From sequence record PZ179883.1: 64,000 nt of DNA; one strand, given 5' to 3'. Below are positions 1 to 9,454 of this stretch, piece after piece. Below the pieces are notes generated by a model. It did not search any database. It saw only the letters and a program-made list of their open reading frames with translations, and was not told the DNA's origin. Position numbers and translations under genes: made by a program. This stretch comes from a phage. How positions within the stretch are numbered: the stretch's first letter is position 1; the number at the start of each line of letters is the position of its first letter.

Positions 1-640
1 AACTATCGAGCTCACCAATAGTTTTACGAAAATCAGGAAAATTCTTTTTAACCAAAGCTGCTACAACTTTCATATCAGCTATAGCAATTCCTTCATGCTT
101 ACAGATTTCAGTCAATCGACGAATCATCTGCTTCATCATTTCAATTTTATCTTCATCGGTCGGTTGACCGAATGTAATAACTCGGCAGCGTGACTGAAGA
201 GGTTTAATAATACCATCAATATTGTTAGCAGTAATAATAATACTACAGTTTGAACTATAAGCTTCCATAAAGGAACGAAGATGTCGCTGAGACTCTGCTA
301 GCCCTGAGCGGTCAAATTCATCAATAACAATTACTTTTTGACGACCATCAAATGAAGCTGCACTAGCAAAATTAGTCAAAGGACCGCGAACGAAATCAAT
401 TTTACAATCTGACCCATTCACAAACATCATATCAGCATTTACATCATGACACAATGCTTTCGCTACGGTTGTTTTACCTGTTCCTGGAGAAGGAGAATGA
501 AGAATAATATGTGGAATTTTACCTTTACTTGTAATAGATTTAAAGGTTTCTTTATCAAAGGCGGGAAGAATACATTCATCGATAGTAGATGGACGATATT
601 TCTGTTCAAGAATGTGTTCTTTTTCATTTACAGTAATCAT
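1..640 (-). CDS. 44: clamp loader large subunit gp44, 5' part (3' end lies beyond window start)
   Basis: Minus-strand ATG at 638-640 translates MITVNEKEHILEQKY..., Walker A HSPSPGTGKTT near 470-500; GAGGAAA RBS just upstream; absent from track because truncated. Confidence 0.85.
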   Translation of the reverse strand, partial: MITVNEKEHILEQKYRPSTIDECILPAFDKETFKSITSKGKIPHIILHSPSPGTGKTTVAKALCHDVNADMMFVNGSDCKIDFVRGPLTNFASAASFDGRQKVIVIDEFDRSGLAESQRHLRSFMEAYSSNCSIIITANNIDGIIKPLQSRCRVITFGQPTDEDKIEMMKQMIRRLTEICKHEGIAIADMKVVAALVKKNFPDFRKTIGELDS

Positions 641-672
641 AATTTCCTCATTCAAGTTTTAGTGTAAATTAT

Positions 673-690
673 AAAGGGCCGAAGCCCTTT
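673..690 (-). terminator. UUCG-tetraloop stem-loop between genes 45 and 44
   Basis: Minus-strand AAAGGGC-UUCG-GCCCUUU followed by U-rich sequence. Confidence 0.5.
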
Positions 691-691
691 A

Positions 692-1378
692 TTAAAAGTC
701 GTGGGTAGAATCAGCTTCAAGAGCTACTACATAATTCGCATGTTCACCTTCAAATTTAGCAGCGCCTTGTTTACCTTTTGCCCAGAGAAGAAGTTTATAA
801 TTTCCTGGTTGCATTTTCATATTTGCCATATTGATAATGAAATTAAATGTATTTTCACCATCATAATCACCAAGAGTCAAAGAATATTTAACACGGGTCA
901 AAGCAGAATCTTCTACTTTGTTAAAACCGTTAATTACAATTTTACCTTCTTTTACTGTGATAGCAATTGTATCAATCTGCAGACCGCGAGATACACGCAA
1001 CAGCTGTTGAAGGTCTTCAGCTTTAATTTCAGTAACAACAGATGCTACCGGGAATGGAATTGGTTTATTAGGAGCAACTACTGTACTCGGATCGGCTGCT
1101 GGCCAAAAAATTGTTGAACGGGCATCAGCAATTTTAATATTACCATCTTCTGACTGGGAAATTTCTGCATCATCATTAACGAGAGACAGAATACCAAGAA
1201 AACCGTTCAAATCGTAAATCGCTACATCAAAATCAATAGTGTCAGAAATATTTGCTTCCGCATAAGTTGTACCATTAACCGCGCGAGTCATAATAAATTG
1301 ACCGGATTTAAGCATAATACCAGAGTTAATAGTAGCGAAATTTTTAAGCAGAGCAGTAGTATCTTTAGACAGTTTCAT
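692..1378 (-). CDS. 45: sliding clamp gp45
   Basis: 228 aa, near-identical to recalled T4 gp45 (MKLSKDTTALLKNFATINSGIML...); ATG verified. Confidence 0.95.
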   Translation of the reverse strand: MKLSKDTTALLKNFATINSGIMLKSGQFIMTRAVNGTTYAEANISDTIDFDVAIYDLNGFLGILSLVNDDAEISQSEDGNIKIADARSTIFWPAADPSTVVAPNKPIPFPVASVVTEIKAEDLQQLLRVSRGLQIDTIAITVKEGKIVINGFNKVEDSALTRVKYSLTLGDYDGENTFNFIINMANMKMQPGNYKLLLWAKGKQGAAKFEGEHANYVVALEADSTHDF

Positions 1379-1408
1379 GTAATTTCCTTCAATTCAAAAT
1401 GAGATTTA

Positions 1409-1434
1409 ATTTTATAACTAATTTAATAAAGCAA
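1409..1434 (-). promoter_or_regulatory. candidate middle (MotA-dependent) promoter for gene 45
   Basis: Minus strand TTGCTTTA (MotA-box-like) at 1427-1434, 12 nt, then TAAAAT; GAAGGAAA RBS before gp45 ATG. Confidence 0.4.
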
Positions 1435-1824
1435 TTAACGATTAAAATCAGCAGCAATTGTTTCCGCAACAATTTGAGCAGCAACAATTAGACGTTCATC
1501 TGCATTACCGCAATAATCATCTTCAAGGCGTTCACCGCATGAAGTCATAATAAATTTAGCACCAGCATTTAGAGATTCTGTCGTATGTTTGCGCATTAGT
1601 TCAATCCATTTATCACTCACTTCACGATCGATAGCTTCATAATACGCATGACGAGCAGGTGCAGATTTAATTTTATTCTGAATAACTTCCATTGCGTTAT
1701 CAGAAAGAGACAAAACCCATGCTCGACGAATTTTATTTTGGTTTTGCGGATTTGATTCAGAACGCACGTGTTTTGGCTGAATATCTTTTACATCAACAGT
1801 ATAATTCACAGTAATTTTAGTCAT
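1435..1824 (-). CDS. rpbA: RNA polymerase binding protein RpbA
   Basis: 129 aa, position between 45 and 46 as in T4; ATG verified. Confidence 0.6.
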   Translation of the reverse strand: MTKITVNYTVDVKDIQPKHVRSESNPQNQNKIRRAWVLSLSDNAMEVIQNKIKSAPARHAYYEAIDREVSDKWIELMRKHTTESLNAGAKFIMTSCGERLEDDYCGNADERLIVAAQIVAETIAADFNR

Positions 1825-1833
1825 AATACACCT

Positions 1834-2022
1834 TTAGTCATAATAATCAGTAACAGTCCAAGCTTCATTCCTGTTGGACATTATTTTCGTATATTCTGAT
1901 TTAAATGCATTCTTAAGCATAGATTCAGTAACTATATGCTCTTCATTAGAAAAATTATTTCTCAGAATATATCGTTTTATTTCAGGAATAGTTAATAAAT
2001 GCTGTCCAGTTGAATATTCCAT
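1834..2022 (-). CDS. hypothetical small protein (62 aa)
   Basis: Track ORF in minus-strand gene array between rpbA and 46. Confidence 0.45.
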   Translation of the reverse strand: MEYSTGQHLLTIPEIKRYILRNNFSNEEHIVTESMLKNAFKSEYTKIMSNRNEAWTVTDYYD

Positions 2023-2077
2023 GTTTTTCCTCCATAGAGATTATACTCTAATAAATTAAAGCATAATCTCTTATAAA

Positions 2078-3760
2078 TTAAACCATTACAGTAAATCGAC
2101 CAACTTTCTTCATTTGAAGATGCTGACCATATTCTTGCGGGTCATGGTCTTTATGCGAAATTATAAAAACATTAGTGTTTTTCATTGAATTTATAATATT
2201 AGCTACACCTTTAATACCTTCGGCATCAAATGACCCATCAAACACTTCATCAAGAATTAATGTACTAATACTAACACCAGATACGATAGAAGCAATATCA
2301 CGCCAAGTAAATAAAAGAGCAATATCAATTCGTGCCTTTTCACCTTCACTAAATGAAGCATAACTAAAATCTTCACGACCACGGGATTTAATTGTCTCAT
2401 TAAATTCTTCATCTAATGTAAACACATAATCCGCTTCCATTATTTTAAGATAATGGTTAATCTGCTTATTAAATAATGGAATGTACTTTTTAATAATAGC
2501 ACCTTTAATACCAGAATCTTTGAGCATATCAGTCAAAATTCCTCGGTGGTATTTTTCCATTACTAAATTAGTTTTTGTCTTAACAATTTTATCAAGTTCT
2601 TCTTGAAGCAATGCTATTTCATCAGCATGGTCAATAAACTCGGATGATGCTTTTTCTATAGCTGCTTTAACTTTTTTAGCTTTATCTACTGTCGTGATTA
2701 GAGATTGCTTTTTATTGCGAATATCATTTGCCAACGACTGCTGGGTTTTAATATTATCTCGGTATTCATCAACAAGAACTTTTAAATTATCACGATGTGT
2801 TGAAAGCTGTTCAAACGAATGCGTACATTCAGAAACTTTATCTTTAATTTTAGAAACAACTTTATCACCGGAACTTAATTGTGACAAGCAGGTTGGACAT
2901 AATCCACCTTCGTGATACATATTAATGACTTTATTATACGAGTCAATTTTTGATTTAATTAAAACTGCTTCTTGACCGATTTTATTAAATGCATCAGTCG
3001 GGTCTTCATCTAAAACAATATTAACTAATCTTTCATTAGCTTCTTCTATTTCCGATTTTAGCGTTCTAGCTTCTTTTGCCAAATCATCATACATATTTTG
3101 AAGACGAGTAAGGTTGTCACCCGTTAATTTTTTCTGGCGTTCAACGTTATCATTATATATTTTAATTTGTTGGATAATACTATCTTTTTTAACGTCAAGC
3201 ACTTGGTTTTGTGAATTTAATTCACGTATTAGTGCTTTATTAAGCTTATCCATTTCAGCTAATGTTCCTACCTCAAGCAGGTCTTCCACAAGCTTTCTTC
3301 GCGCAGGGGTCGACAAACCCATGAAAGGGGTATACCCTGCTGTACCAAGGACAACAATCTGCTTGAAACTGGCATATGACATTCCGATAAGCTGTTCAAA
3401 TTCTGCTTGGAAATCTTTACTGCTGGCAGATTCATTAAGACGTGTACCGTTAACGGTGATTTCGAAAACGTTTGGTTTTTGTCCTCTTTTGATATAGTAC
3501 TTTTTCTCATCATATTCCATCCACAGTTCAACTAAAAGTTCTTTCTTATTTGTGCTGTTTATTAATTGGCCTTTCTTTACATCACGAAATGGCTTGCCAA
3601 AAAGCCCAAATGTGATGGCTTCTAACATAGTAGACTTACCACCGCCATTTCGTCCAGTAATAAGAGTTTTTTGAACCTTATCTAATTGAATGTCAATAGG
3701 ATTTCCACCTACTGACATTATATTTTGATACCTAACTCGGTTTAGTTTAAAATTCTTCAC
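2078..3760 (-). CDS. 46: recombination endonuclease subunit gp46 (Rad50/SbcC-like ATPase)
   Basis: 560 aa; Walker A GRNGGGKST, long coiled-coil middle, C-terminal LILDEVFDG; start is GTG at 3758-3760 with AAGGAA RBS. Confidence 0.9.
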   Translation of the reverse strand: MKNFKLNRVRYQNIMSVGGNPIDIQLDKVQKTLITGRNGGGKSTMLEAITFGLFGKPFRDVKKGQLINSTNKKELLVELWMEYDEKKYYIKRGQKPNVFEITVNGTRLNESASSKDFQAEFEQLIGMSYASFKQIVVLGTAGYTPFMGLSTPARRKLVEDLLEVGTLAEMDKLNKALIRELNSQNQVLDVKKDSIIQQIKIYNDNVERQKKLTGDNLTRLQNMYDDLAKEARTLKSEIEEANERLVNIVLDEDPTDAFNKIGQEAVLIKSKIDSYNKVINMYHEGGLCPTCLSQLSSGDKVVSKIKDKVSECTHSFEQLSTHRDNLKVLVDEYRDNIKTQQSLANDIRNKKQSLITTVDKAKKVKAAIEKASSEFIDHADEIALLQEELDKIVKTKTNLVMEKYHRGILTDMLKDSGIKGAIIKKYIPLFNKQINHYLKIMEADYVFTLDEEFNETIKSRGREDFSYASFSEGEKARIDIALLFTWRDIASIVSGVSISTLILDEVFDGSFDAEGIKGVANIINSMKNTNVFIISHKDHDPQEYGQHLQMKKVGRFTVMV

Positions 3761-4020
3761 AAAAGATTCCTTTTAATGTATCTTTTAGACCATTCTATCA
3801 TATCATCATAATCTAAAAAGTATTCATCAAATTCAGCCATGCAAACAACGCCTTGTGCTGTTTTTGATGTAATATAAATTATTCCAACATATCTAGAATC
3901 TTCTTCGGTATAATCAATGTTTGCTATGAATTCATCATTAATGTCAAATGTCGAAAACTTCACAGTATGCATCCTTAATACAAGATACGGCCATATCTCG
4001 CAATGATTTAGGTGTGTCAT
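3757..4020 (-). CDS. hypothetical protein (46.1-like position)
   Basis: 87 aa track ORF between 46 and 47; overlaps next ORF, start uncertain. Confidence 0.4.
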   Translation of the reverse strand: MTHLNHCEIWPYLVLRMHTVKFSTFDINDEFIANIDYTEEDSRYVGIIYITSKTAQGVVCMAEFDEYFLDYDDMIEWSKRYIKRNLL

Positions 4021-4207
4021 TATCTAAAATGTTGAAGTTAAAAGATACAGCCCAGTCAGTGCAGACCGTAACCTTTTTAATACAATTATCTTCAACCTTT
4101 AGCGGTTCAAACCAATATTCAATAATTTCTTTATGCCCAATATCATCTTTTACTTCGCATTCAAAATGCTGACTCATCATAACATTTTTAAATTCATCAA
4201 AAGTCAT
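3944..4207 (-). CDS. hypothetical protein (46.2-like position)
   Basis: 87 aa track ORF, stop overlaps gene 46-side ORF, start abuts gp47 stop. Confidence 0.45.
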   Translation of the reverse strand: MTFDEFKNVMMSQHFECEVKDDIGHKEIIEYWFEPLKVEDNCIKKVTVCTDWAVSFNFNILDNDTPKSLRDMAVSCIKDAYCEVFDI

Positions 4208-5223
4208 TGTGTTGCCTCTACATATAACTGATTTGCATATTGAATAAGTGCTTCGCGATCAGAATCAGTGATGTCTGGAATTGCATTAATGTATTCTTCC
4301 ATCAACGTCTGAAGAGATTGAACTTCCACTTCTTCGTTATCATCTGATTCGACAGAGTTATCAATCTTTGACACAACTCGTAATGAATGCACAACTTTTT
4401 CTAGTTCAGATTCGAACTTCGTTAGATTTTTGTCTACCTCAGTTACTATAACACGTACTGATAGATTTGTAAAATCTTTATAGTCAATTTTTCCCTTAAA
4501 TGGATATTGAATTCGACGATGCCAGGTAGTGTTGTTTGGAATAAATTCCATTCGTTCTGTTTCTGTATCAAACATCCAGAATCCACGAGGGTCATTCTCG
4601 TCACCTGCAGTTAGTGTCCATGGTGTCCCAATATATCTGACGTTAGCAGCCTCAGAGATAGTATGGAAGTGACCAGACCACACCTCTTTATAAGTCTTAA
4701 GGAAATCAGGTTCAAGACCGTGAGATTTCATTCCTTTATAAAAATAAAATCCATTCAGCTCCCAGTGACCGACACAAAAAGAAGCAGATGAAGTTTTGAT
4801 GTGTTCAAGAATTTCACCAGTATTTTCTTCACACATCCAAGGAATTAAATCAATCAAGCATCCGTCAAAATCTACTGTAGTAGGCTTATCATATACTTTA
4901 ACATTAGGATATTTAGCCAAAAGCTCAGTAGAAGCATTTGGATGCATTACATTTTTATAGTGGAGATCGTGATTTCCTACAATAGTATGTAATGTGATTC
5001 CAACGTCATCAAGCATTTGAACTATTTCACGAGCAAACTCCATAGTTTTATGCGTGATTGCTTTTCGCACATCAAAAATATCACCATATTGAATCCATGT
5101 AGTAATTCCATTTTTCTTAGAATATTCTATCGCTTGTTTAATTCCATCAATTTGAATACCGCGAATCCATTCATCATCAGCTTTAACGCCTAAATGCCAA
5201 TCACCTAAATTTAAAATTTTCAT
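4204..5223 (-). CDS. 47: recombination endonuclease subunit gp47 (Mre11/SbcD-like phosphoesterase)
   Basis: 339 aa; calcineurin-like motifs GDWHLG, GDIFD, GNHD; ATG 5221-5223 verified. Confidence 0.9.
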   Translation of the reverse strand: MKILNLGDWHLGVKADDEWIRGIQIDGIKQAIEYSKKNGITTWIQYGDIFDVRKAITHKTMEFAREIVQMLDDVGITLHTIVGNHDLHYKNVMHPNASTELLAKYPNVKVYDKPTTVDFDGCLIDLIPWMCEENTGEILEHIKTSSASFCVGHWELNGFYFYKGMKSHGLEPDFLKTYKEVWSGHFHTISEAANVRYIGTPWTLTAGDENDPRGFWMFDTETERMEFIPNNTTWHRRIQYPFKGKIDYKDFTNLSVRVIVTEVDKNLTKFESELEKVVHSLRVVSKIDNSVESDDNEEVEVQSLQTLMEEYINAIPDITDSDREALIQYANQLYVEATQ

Positions 5224-5360
5224 ATATCAAGAACCGTCGTTGAAATGCAAAATAAAATTATTGAAATAAATCCATCTGGAGTACTAAAGAACCCAATCCA
5301 ACACGCTCTGGTGAACAAATAAAACGCTAGAAAAAGTATCACATATCCAAGAAATATCAT
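5220..5360 (-). CDS. small hydrophobic peptide (46 aa), translationally coupled to gene 47
   Basis: ATG 5358-5360 preceded by GGAG; translation MIFLGYVILFLAFYLFTRACWIGFFSTPDGFISIILFCISTTVLDI; TGA overlaps gp47 ATG (ATGA); below track size cut-off. Confidence 0.4.
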   Translation of the reverse strand: MIFLGYVILFLAFYLFTRACWIGFFSTPDGFISIILFCISTTVLDI

Positions 5361-5383
5361 TATATCAAACTCCGTATAAAGCT

Positions 5384-5401
5384 AAAGGGCCGAAGCCCTT
5401 T
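5384..5401 (-). terminator. UUCG-tetraloop stem-loop at the a-gt stop codon
   Basis: Same AAAGGGC-UUCG-GCCCUUU element; weak U tract. Confidence 0.4.
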
Positions 5402-6602
5402 ATTTTGTAATAATGTCAAACTGTTCTTTAAAGCAGAAGCTTGAATCTTGGTGCTGATACAAAAATTCATAAGCTTTTTCACGTTCGCGGTCATAAAGAG
5501 CTCGGTCAGATGACAGTTCTTTAATACGTTCAAATGTTGATTCCATGTCATTTTCATCAAACCAAACGATACCGCTATCATGAGAAATTAATGGAGTATT
5601 ATCAACACGGAATTTTAAATTTTCGCCCGTAGATTTCCAAAATACCGGAATTGTTCCACATGCACCAAGCTCGAGATGAGTGTATTCTAAAGAACGCTGT
5701 AGATATTTTTTGTCCAACTTACTCAGCTGATAACCAAATCCGGATTTACTCATGCGTTCAAGCATTTCGCTATTTACATAACGGTCAAGAATTTGCGTTG
5801 GCAAATTAGGAGCAATTTTAATTTGGTCTACTTGATGAAGACGATAATACTCGTATGGAATTCCTTTTTCTTTAATAGGAATGAACGCTGGAGAACGTTC
5901 CAGACCTTCCATAATAGTACTTAGTCCTGCAGGTTTAAGATGTTTTTCATGAAAATCAAACATCTGATAAAAGCCTTTCCATGTAGTCGTACGACCAATC
6001 CAACGGTTGATATTCATGTTAATTTCAGAAACATCTTTCCAGTAGGTTGACCGAACCTTCGCAATATCCATAGGAGGCTGAAAGTTATATACGGTCGGCG
6101 CTTCTTCAATATCATCAAACAGAGAAACTGTTTCTGGATACCATTCTTTCATCAAAACTTTATTAAAGTCACCATTATCAGAATGGCTAAAAATAACATC
6201 AGCTCGACGAACAGTTTCTTCTAATCCCAAATTTCGGCGCAAAGAAAGAGAAGAATGGTCATGTTGATAAACTACAACACGAACCGAAGGTTTAATGTTA
6301 TCAATAATTTTTTTATAGTTATTAATAGTGTCTTCTTCAACCGAAGTAGCAGGAACTGAATTGATAATTAGAATATCACAATCATTTACCAGCTTAAGTG
6401 TTTTATCGTATTCTTTTGCCAATAAAACCGGAATTGAAAATGATTTATAATCATGCGCACAATTACGAGTAAATGATTTATCTTTAGCATAAACCAAAGT
6501 TACTTCATGACCATTTTTAATAAACCAATCACGCTGCTCAAGAGAAAATTTAGTTACACCGCAACCTTCAAGACCTCGAGCCATAAAAATACATACTTTC
6601 AT
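5400..6602 (-). CDS. a-gt: DNA alpha-glucosyltransferase
   Basis: 400 aa, same length and position as T4 alpha-gt; ATG verified. Confidence 0.8.
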   Translation of the reverse strand: MKVCIFMARGLEGCGVTKFSLEQRDWFIKNGHEVTLVYAKDKSFTRNCAHDYKSFSIPVLLAKEYDKTLKLVNDCDILIINSVPATSVEEDTINNYKKIIDNIKPSVRVVVYQHDHSSLSLRRNLGLEETVRRADVIFSHSDNGDFNKVLMKEWYPETVSLFDDIEEAPTVYNFQPPMDIAKVRSTYWKDVSEINMNINRWIGRTTTWKGFYQMFDFHEKHLKPAGLSTIMEGLERSPAFIPIKEKGIPYEYYRLHQVDQIKIAPNLPTQILDRYVNSEMLERMSKSGFGYQLSKLDKKYLQRSLEYTHLELGACGTIPVFWKSTGENLKFRVDNTPLISHDSGIVWFDENDMESTFERIKELSSDRALYDREREKAYEFLYQHQDSSFCFKEQFDIITK

Positions 6603-6652
6603 TTAATATCCTCTTTGTTTTGGTTTATTTTACCAAAAATTTATAAAGCAAT

Positions 6653-6672
6653 ATAGGAGCCGAAGCTCCTAT
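6653..6672 (-). terminator. UUCG-tetraloop stem-loop upstream of a-gt
   Basis: AUAGGAGC-UUCG-GCUCCUAU then U-rich. Confidence 0.45.
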
Positions 6673-6842
6673 CCACATAATACGCCATACAGAGGCTCGT
6701 TAGAACTTTTAAATTTTATGCGCTTATATTTTATAGTTCCTTCTGCTTTAGCTTTATCATGAGACTCTTTAAAGCGTCTCATCATTTCCTCTTTAGAGGA
6801 ACGAATTTTATTATAATCTATTTCAGAAGTCTGGGTGTTCAT
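6669..6842 (-). CDS. small basic ORF (57 aa), uncertain
   Basis: ATG at 6840-6842, MNTQTSEIDYNKIRSSKEEMMRRFKESHDKAK...; weak RBS; below track cut-off. Confidence 0.25.
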   Translation of the reverse strand: MNTQTSEIDYNKIRSSKEEMMRRFKESHDKAKAEGTIKYKRIKFKSSNEPLYGVLCG

Positions 6843-6845
6843 CTT

Positions 6846-7052
6846 TCATAGTTGCCACCATTTTTTGACTTGATAGGAATCAACCCACACTTTCATATTA
6901 GGGTCTGCTCTTACAATAGGAGGATTAACTTCTTTAATTGAACTATCATGGTATTCTTTTTCAGAAATTTTCACACAAAGATGACCATTTAAAGATTCAG
7001 TAAATCCTGCATTAATTTTAAGACGCTTGAATTTTACGTGTGTAAGCATCAA
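6846..7052 (-). CDS. hypothetical protein (68 aa)
   Basis: Track ORF in minus array. Confidence 0.4.
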   Translation of the reverse strand: MMLTHVKFKRLKINAGFTESLNGHLCVKISEKEYHDSSIKEVNPPIVRADPNMKVWVDSYQVKKWWQL

Positions 7053-7335
7053 TCATATCCTCAATCTGCGATCTAGTAGTCTTCCAAAGAATACTGATGA
7101 GTTCATCGTTATATGGCTGTTTCAGAATATCCCGACTTTTCTTGATAGCATATTCGTATTGAGCAAAATTATTGTTTTCAGCTGCGATCTGAGCGTGCTT
7201 ATAAAGACGATTCAGTTCGCGTTTGTTTTTAGACAATAACTTATTTGCTTTTCTTTCTGCTTCAAGACGGTTCTTTTCTTCAATAGAAGAAATAAGCTTT
7301 TCCACTTCATCATTAATTTCGGGTTTATCAGTCAT
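7018..7335 (-). CDS. hypothetical helical/charged protein (105 aa)
   Basis: Track ORF; Lys/Glu-rich helical composition. Confidence 0.45.
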   Translation of the reverse strand: MTDKPEINDEVEKLISSIEEKNRLEAERKANKLLSKNKRELNRLYKHAQIAAENNNFAQYEYAIKKSRDILKQPYNDELISILWKTTRSQIEDMIDAYTRKIQAS

Positions 7336-7336
7336 A

Positions 7337-7555
7337 TTATTTCTCTAATATAAAATAAAAATCATCATCTGTTAAATGATACCGATAGTTTAATTCTACA
7401 CCATTAGATTTAAAAGCGGTATCATACGGATTTTCTGGGTCAATATCAATGTCAAGAGCTAAAACTTCCCTGAGATACATTTTAAGTAAATAGGGAATAG
7501 CTTCAACTTCAGGTATTTCTTCCAAGAATCCGGAGAGGTTAATCGTTAGCCTCAT
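7337..7555 (-). CDS. hypothetical protein (72 aa)
   Basis: Track ORF immediately downstream of gp55. Confidence 0.45.
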
Positions 7556-8096
7556 ATAAAAAATCCAAACTAGGAGAATCGTCTACAACACTTTTCTTTT
7601 CAGCCCCCGGTGTTCTATAGGTTGATTCTTCGTAATGCGTCATTTTATCGTAGATGTCTTGAATAAAAGTTTCATCTACTAACGCAACCATATCGTCGTC
7701 ACGACTGTCATAGACATTGTGAACGAAGTAACTATATTTCTTTGCAACTTCCTTACGTTCTTTTTTAATACGTTGGACGAATGCATTAAAACAAGCTTGA
7801 GTTATATATGCATGCGGGTTTTTATATTTCGTTTCATCAAAATTATGAAGCCCCTTAATAGAAGCTTCTATACCATCTGCAATCATTTCTTGTTTCCAGG
7901 ATTGGGTGTATCCTGAAAAGTTGAAACGTTTAGATAAGCCTTCTGCAATAAGCATAATGGCTAATCCGATGGTATCATTCTGACGAACTACTTTATTTGG
8001 GTCTTTATTATTTGCTAATTCTGTTTTCCAATCAATAATAGCTTGTAAAAGCTCTTTATTGTTTACGTAATTATATTTAGGCTTAGTTTCTGACAT
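7539..8096 (-). CDS. 55: late-transcription sigma factor gp55
   Basis: From ATG 8094-8096: [24 protein letters not shown]..., 185 aa, matches recalled T4 gp55; track start at 8102 is GTG. Confidence 0.9.
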
Positions 8097-8174
8097 TTTC
8101 ACCTCTTAGCTCAATTCATAGATCTATTATATCATAATATTTGAAGATCTATCTTAAAGCATAGAGGATATCAG

Positions 8175-8444
8175 TTATCTAAGTAAACAGTATGCTTGGA
8201 ACACTTTCTCCATCATCTTTTTAAATTCATGAATATCTATGTAATGACTAGTTAAATCAGCATGATATAAAAAGTCTAAAAACTTTTCATGTGTGCTAAC
8301 ATATTCACTTTCATTTAATTCAGAAACATGGCTTTCCCAATATCCAACACCAGTCTTATTTGGGAAAAATGAAATTTTCATATATTGGTCAACATAGAAA
8401 ATTCCATAATTTTCAATAGTAATAGAAATATTAATAAATTTCAT
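8175..8444 (-). CDS. hypothetical protein (89 aa)
   Basis: Track ORF, 55.x region. Confidence 0.45.
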   Translation of the reverse strand: MKFINISITIENYGIFYVDQYMKISFFPNKTGVGYWESHVSELNESEYVSTHEKFLDFLYHADLTSHYIDIHEFKKMMEKVFQAYCLLR

Positions 8445-8656
8445 ACATTCATCAACTTAGCCGCTTCAAGAGCTGCATCTAGTGAATCAAATTGGTCAAC
8501 GTATTCAATCAATTCGCCATAATTAGCGTATAACCACCATTGGCTAAATTCATACTCAAGGATGAATCCATTTCCTTCAATTTGAGTTAAACCAATGCCA
8601 TTTGTATTTACTTCATATCCAGCAAGACGCAAATCGTTAATAAGAGCTTCGTTCAT
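8441..8656 (-). CDS. hypothetical protein (71 aa)
   Basis: Track ORF, stop/start overlap with neighbours. Confidence 0.45.
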   Translation of the reverse strand: MNEALINDLRLAGYEVNTNGIGLTQIEGNGFILEYEFSQWWLYANYGELIEYVDQFDSLDAALEAAKLMNV

Positions 8657-8658
8657 AA

Positions 8659-8985
8659 TTATACCTTAGTAATTTTCAGGTCTGCAAATTTTTTCTTACG
8701 TTGATTTTTCATGCGACGAATAGTTTTATCGGAAATTTCATGCTTTTGATAAGCTTTAGATTCTACACCAAAAGCTTTAACATCAAATTCTGACAAGATA
8801 TATTGAACCAACAATTCACGGACAGTATTGCGTCCAATCTTCTGATCATTCTGTTTCATCGTCTGATGAAGCTCTTTTTCCCATTTATCCAAAATTTGAG
8901 GAGTTACAATATCGCCTTTTTCTAGCAAAGAAACTACTTTATCATATGCGTAAGAATTGATGGCGTTTTTAATTTGAATAGTCAT
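8659..8985 (-). CDS. hypothetical protein (108 aa)
   Basis: Track ORF, basic C-terminus. Confidence 0.45.
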   Translation of the reverse strand: MTIQIKNAINSYAYDKVVSLLEKGDIVTPQILDKWEKELHQTMKQNDQKIGRNTVRELLVQYILSEFDVKAFGVESKAYQKHEISDKTIRRMKNQRKKKFADLKITKV

Positions 8986-9018
8986 ACATTATCCTCAATT
9001 ACGTTAAAATTTTATTAT

Positions 9019-9039
9019 CCAAAAAGGGCCGAAGCCCTT
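9019..9039 (-). terminator. intrinsic terminator (UUCG hairpin plus U tract)
   Basis: AAGGGC-UUCG-GCCCUU followed by UUUGG. Confidence 0.5.
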
Positions 9040-9238
9040 AGCTAAACTTTTTGGCACCCTTCCAGCCTTCGTACATCATTGCGACTGACAATGACAAAGC
9101 TCCTTCACATGCTGCATACTTATTATTCCAGAACCAATTTAGAAAAACTTCATCCTCAATACCATTGTGTTTCATGTTCTGGAAAAATTTGGCGCGTTCT
9201 TCAGCAATTCGCTGCGATAATTTAGATTCAGGATTCAT
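9038..9238 (-). CDS. hypothetical protein (66 aa)
   Basis: Track ORF. Confidence 0.4.
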   Translation of the reverse strand: MNPESKLSQRIAEERAKFFQNMKHNGIEDEVFLNWFWNNKYAACEGALSLSVAMMYEGWKGAKKFS

Positions 9239-9454
9239 TTAAATTTCCCAATTACCATTTTCATCAATAAATTTAATCCAGTCATTTACTGACCACTTAG
9301 TTGTATCGCCTTTTGGAGTAGCATTTAAAGTATATAGCCCTTGCTTAAAAAGCATTCGTTTGATATTCATATTTTCCTCAGCTGTAACGATAGCACTCGT
9401 TTGATTTACGTTTAGCAACTCGTTGAGAAATATTATAATCAAAATCATCATCAA
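9239..9454 (-). CDS. hypothetical protein (71 aa)
   Basis: Track ORF. Confidence 0.4.
   Translation of the reverse strand: MMMILIIIFLNELLNVNQTSAIVTAEENMNIKRMLFKQGLYTLNATPKGDTTKWSVNDWIKFIDENGNWEI

Noticed and set aside
446-667. Plus-strand ORFs inside the minus-strand gene block (for example 446-667, 701-1117, 2175-2363, 3114-3497, 12399-12617, 21445-21684)
   Set aside because: They lie antisense to long, well-supported genes (44, 45, 46, nrdD, AAA ATPase) and lack ribosome-binding sites; these are shadow ORFs
5360-5581. Minus-strand ORF 5360-5581 (73 aa)
   Set aside because: Overlaps the 3' end of a-gt in another frame; the small ORF 5220-5360 coupled to gene 47 is the more plausible reading of this gap
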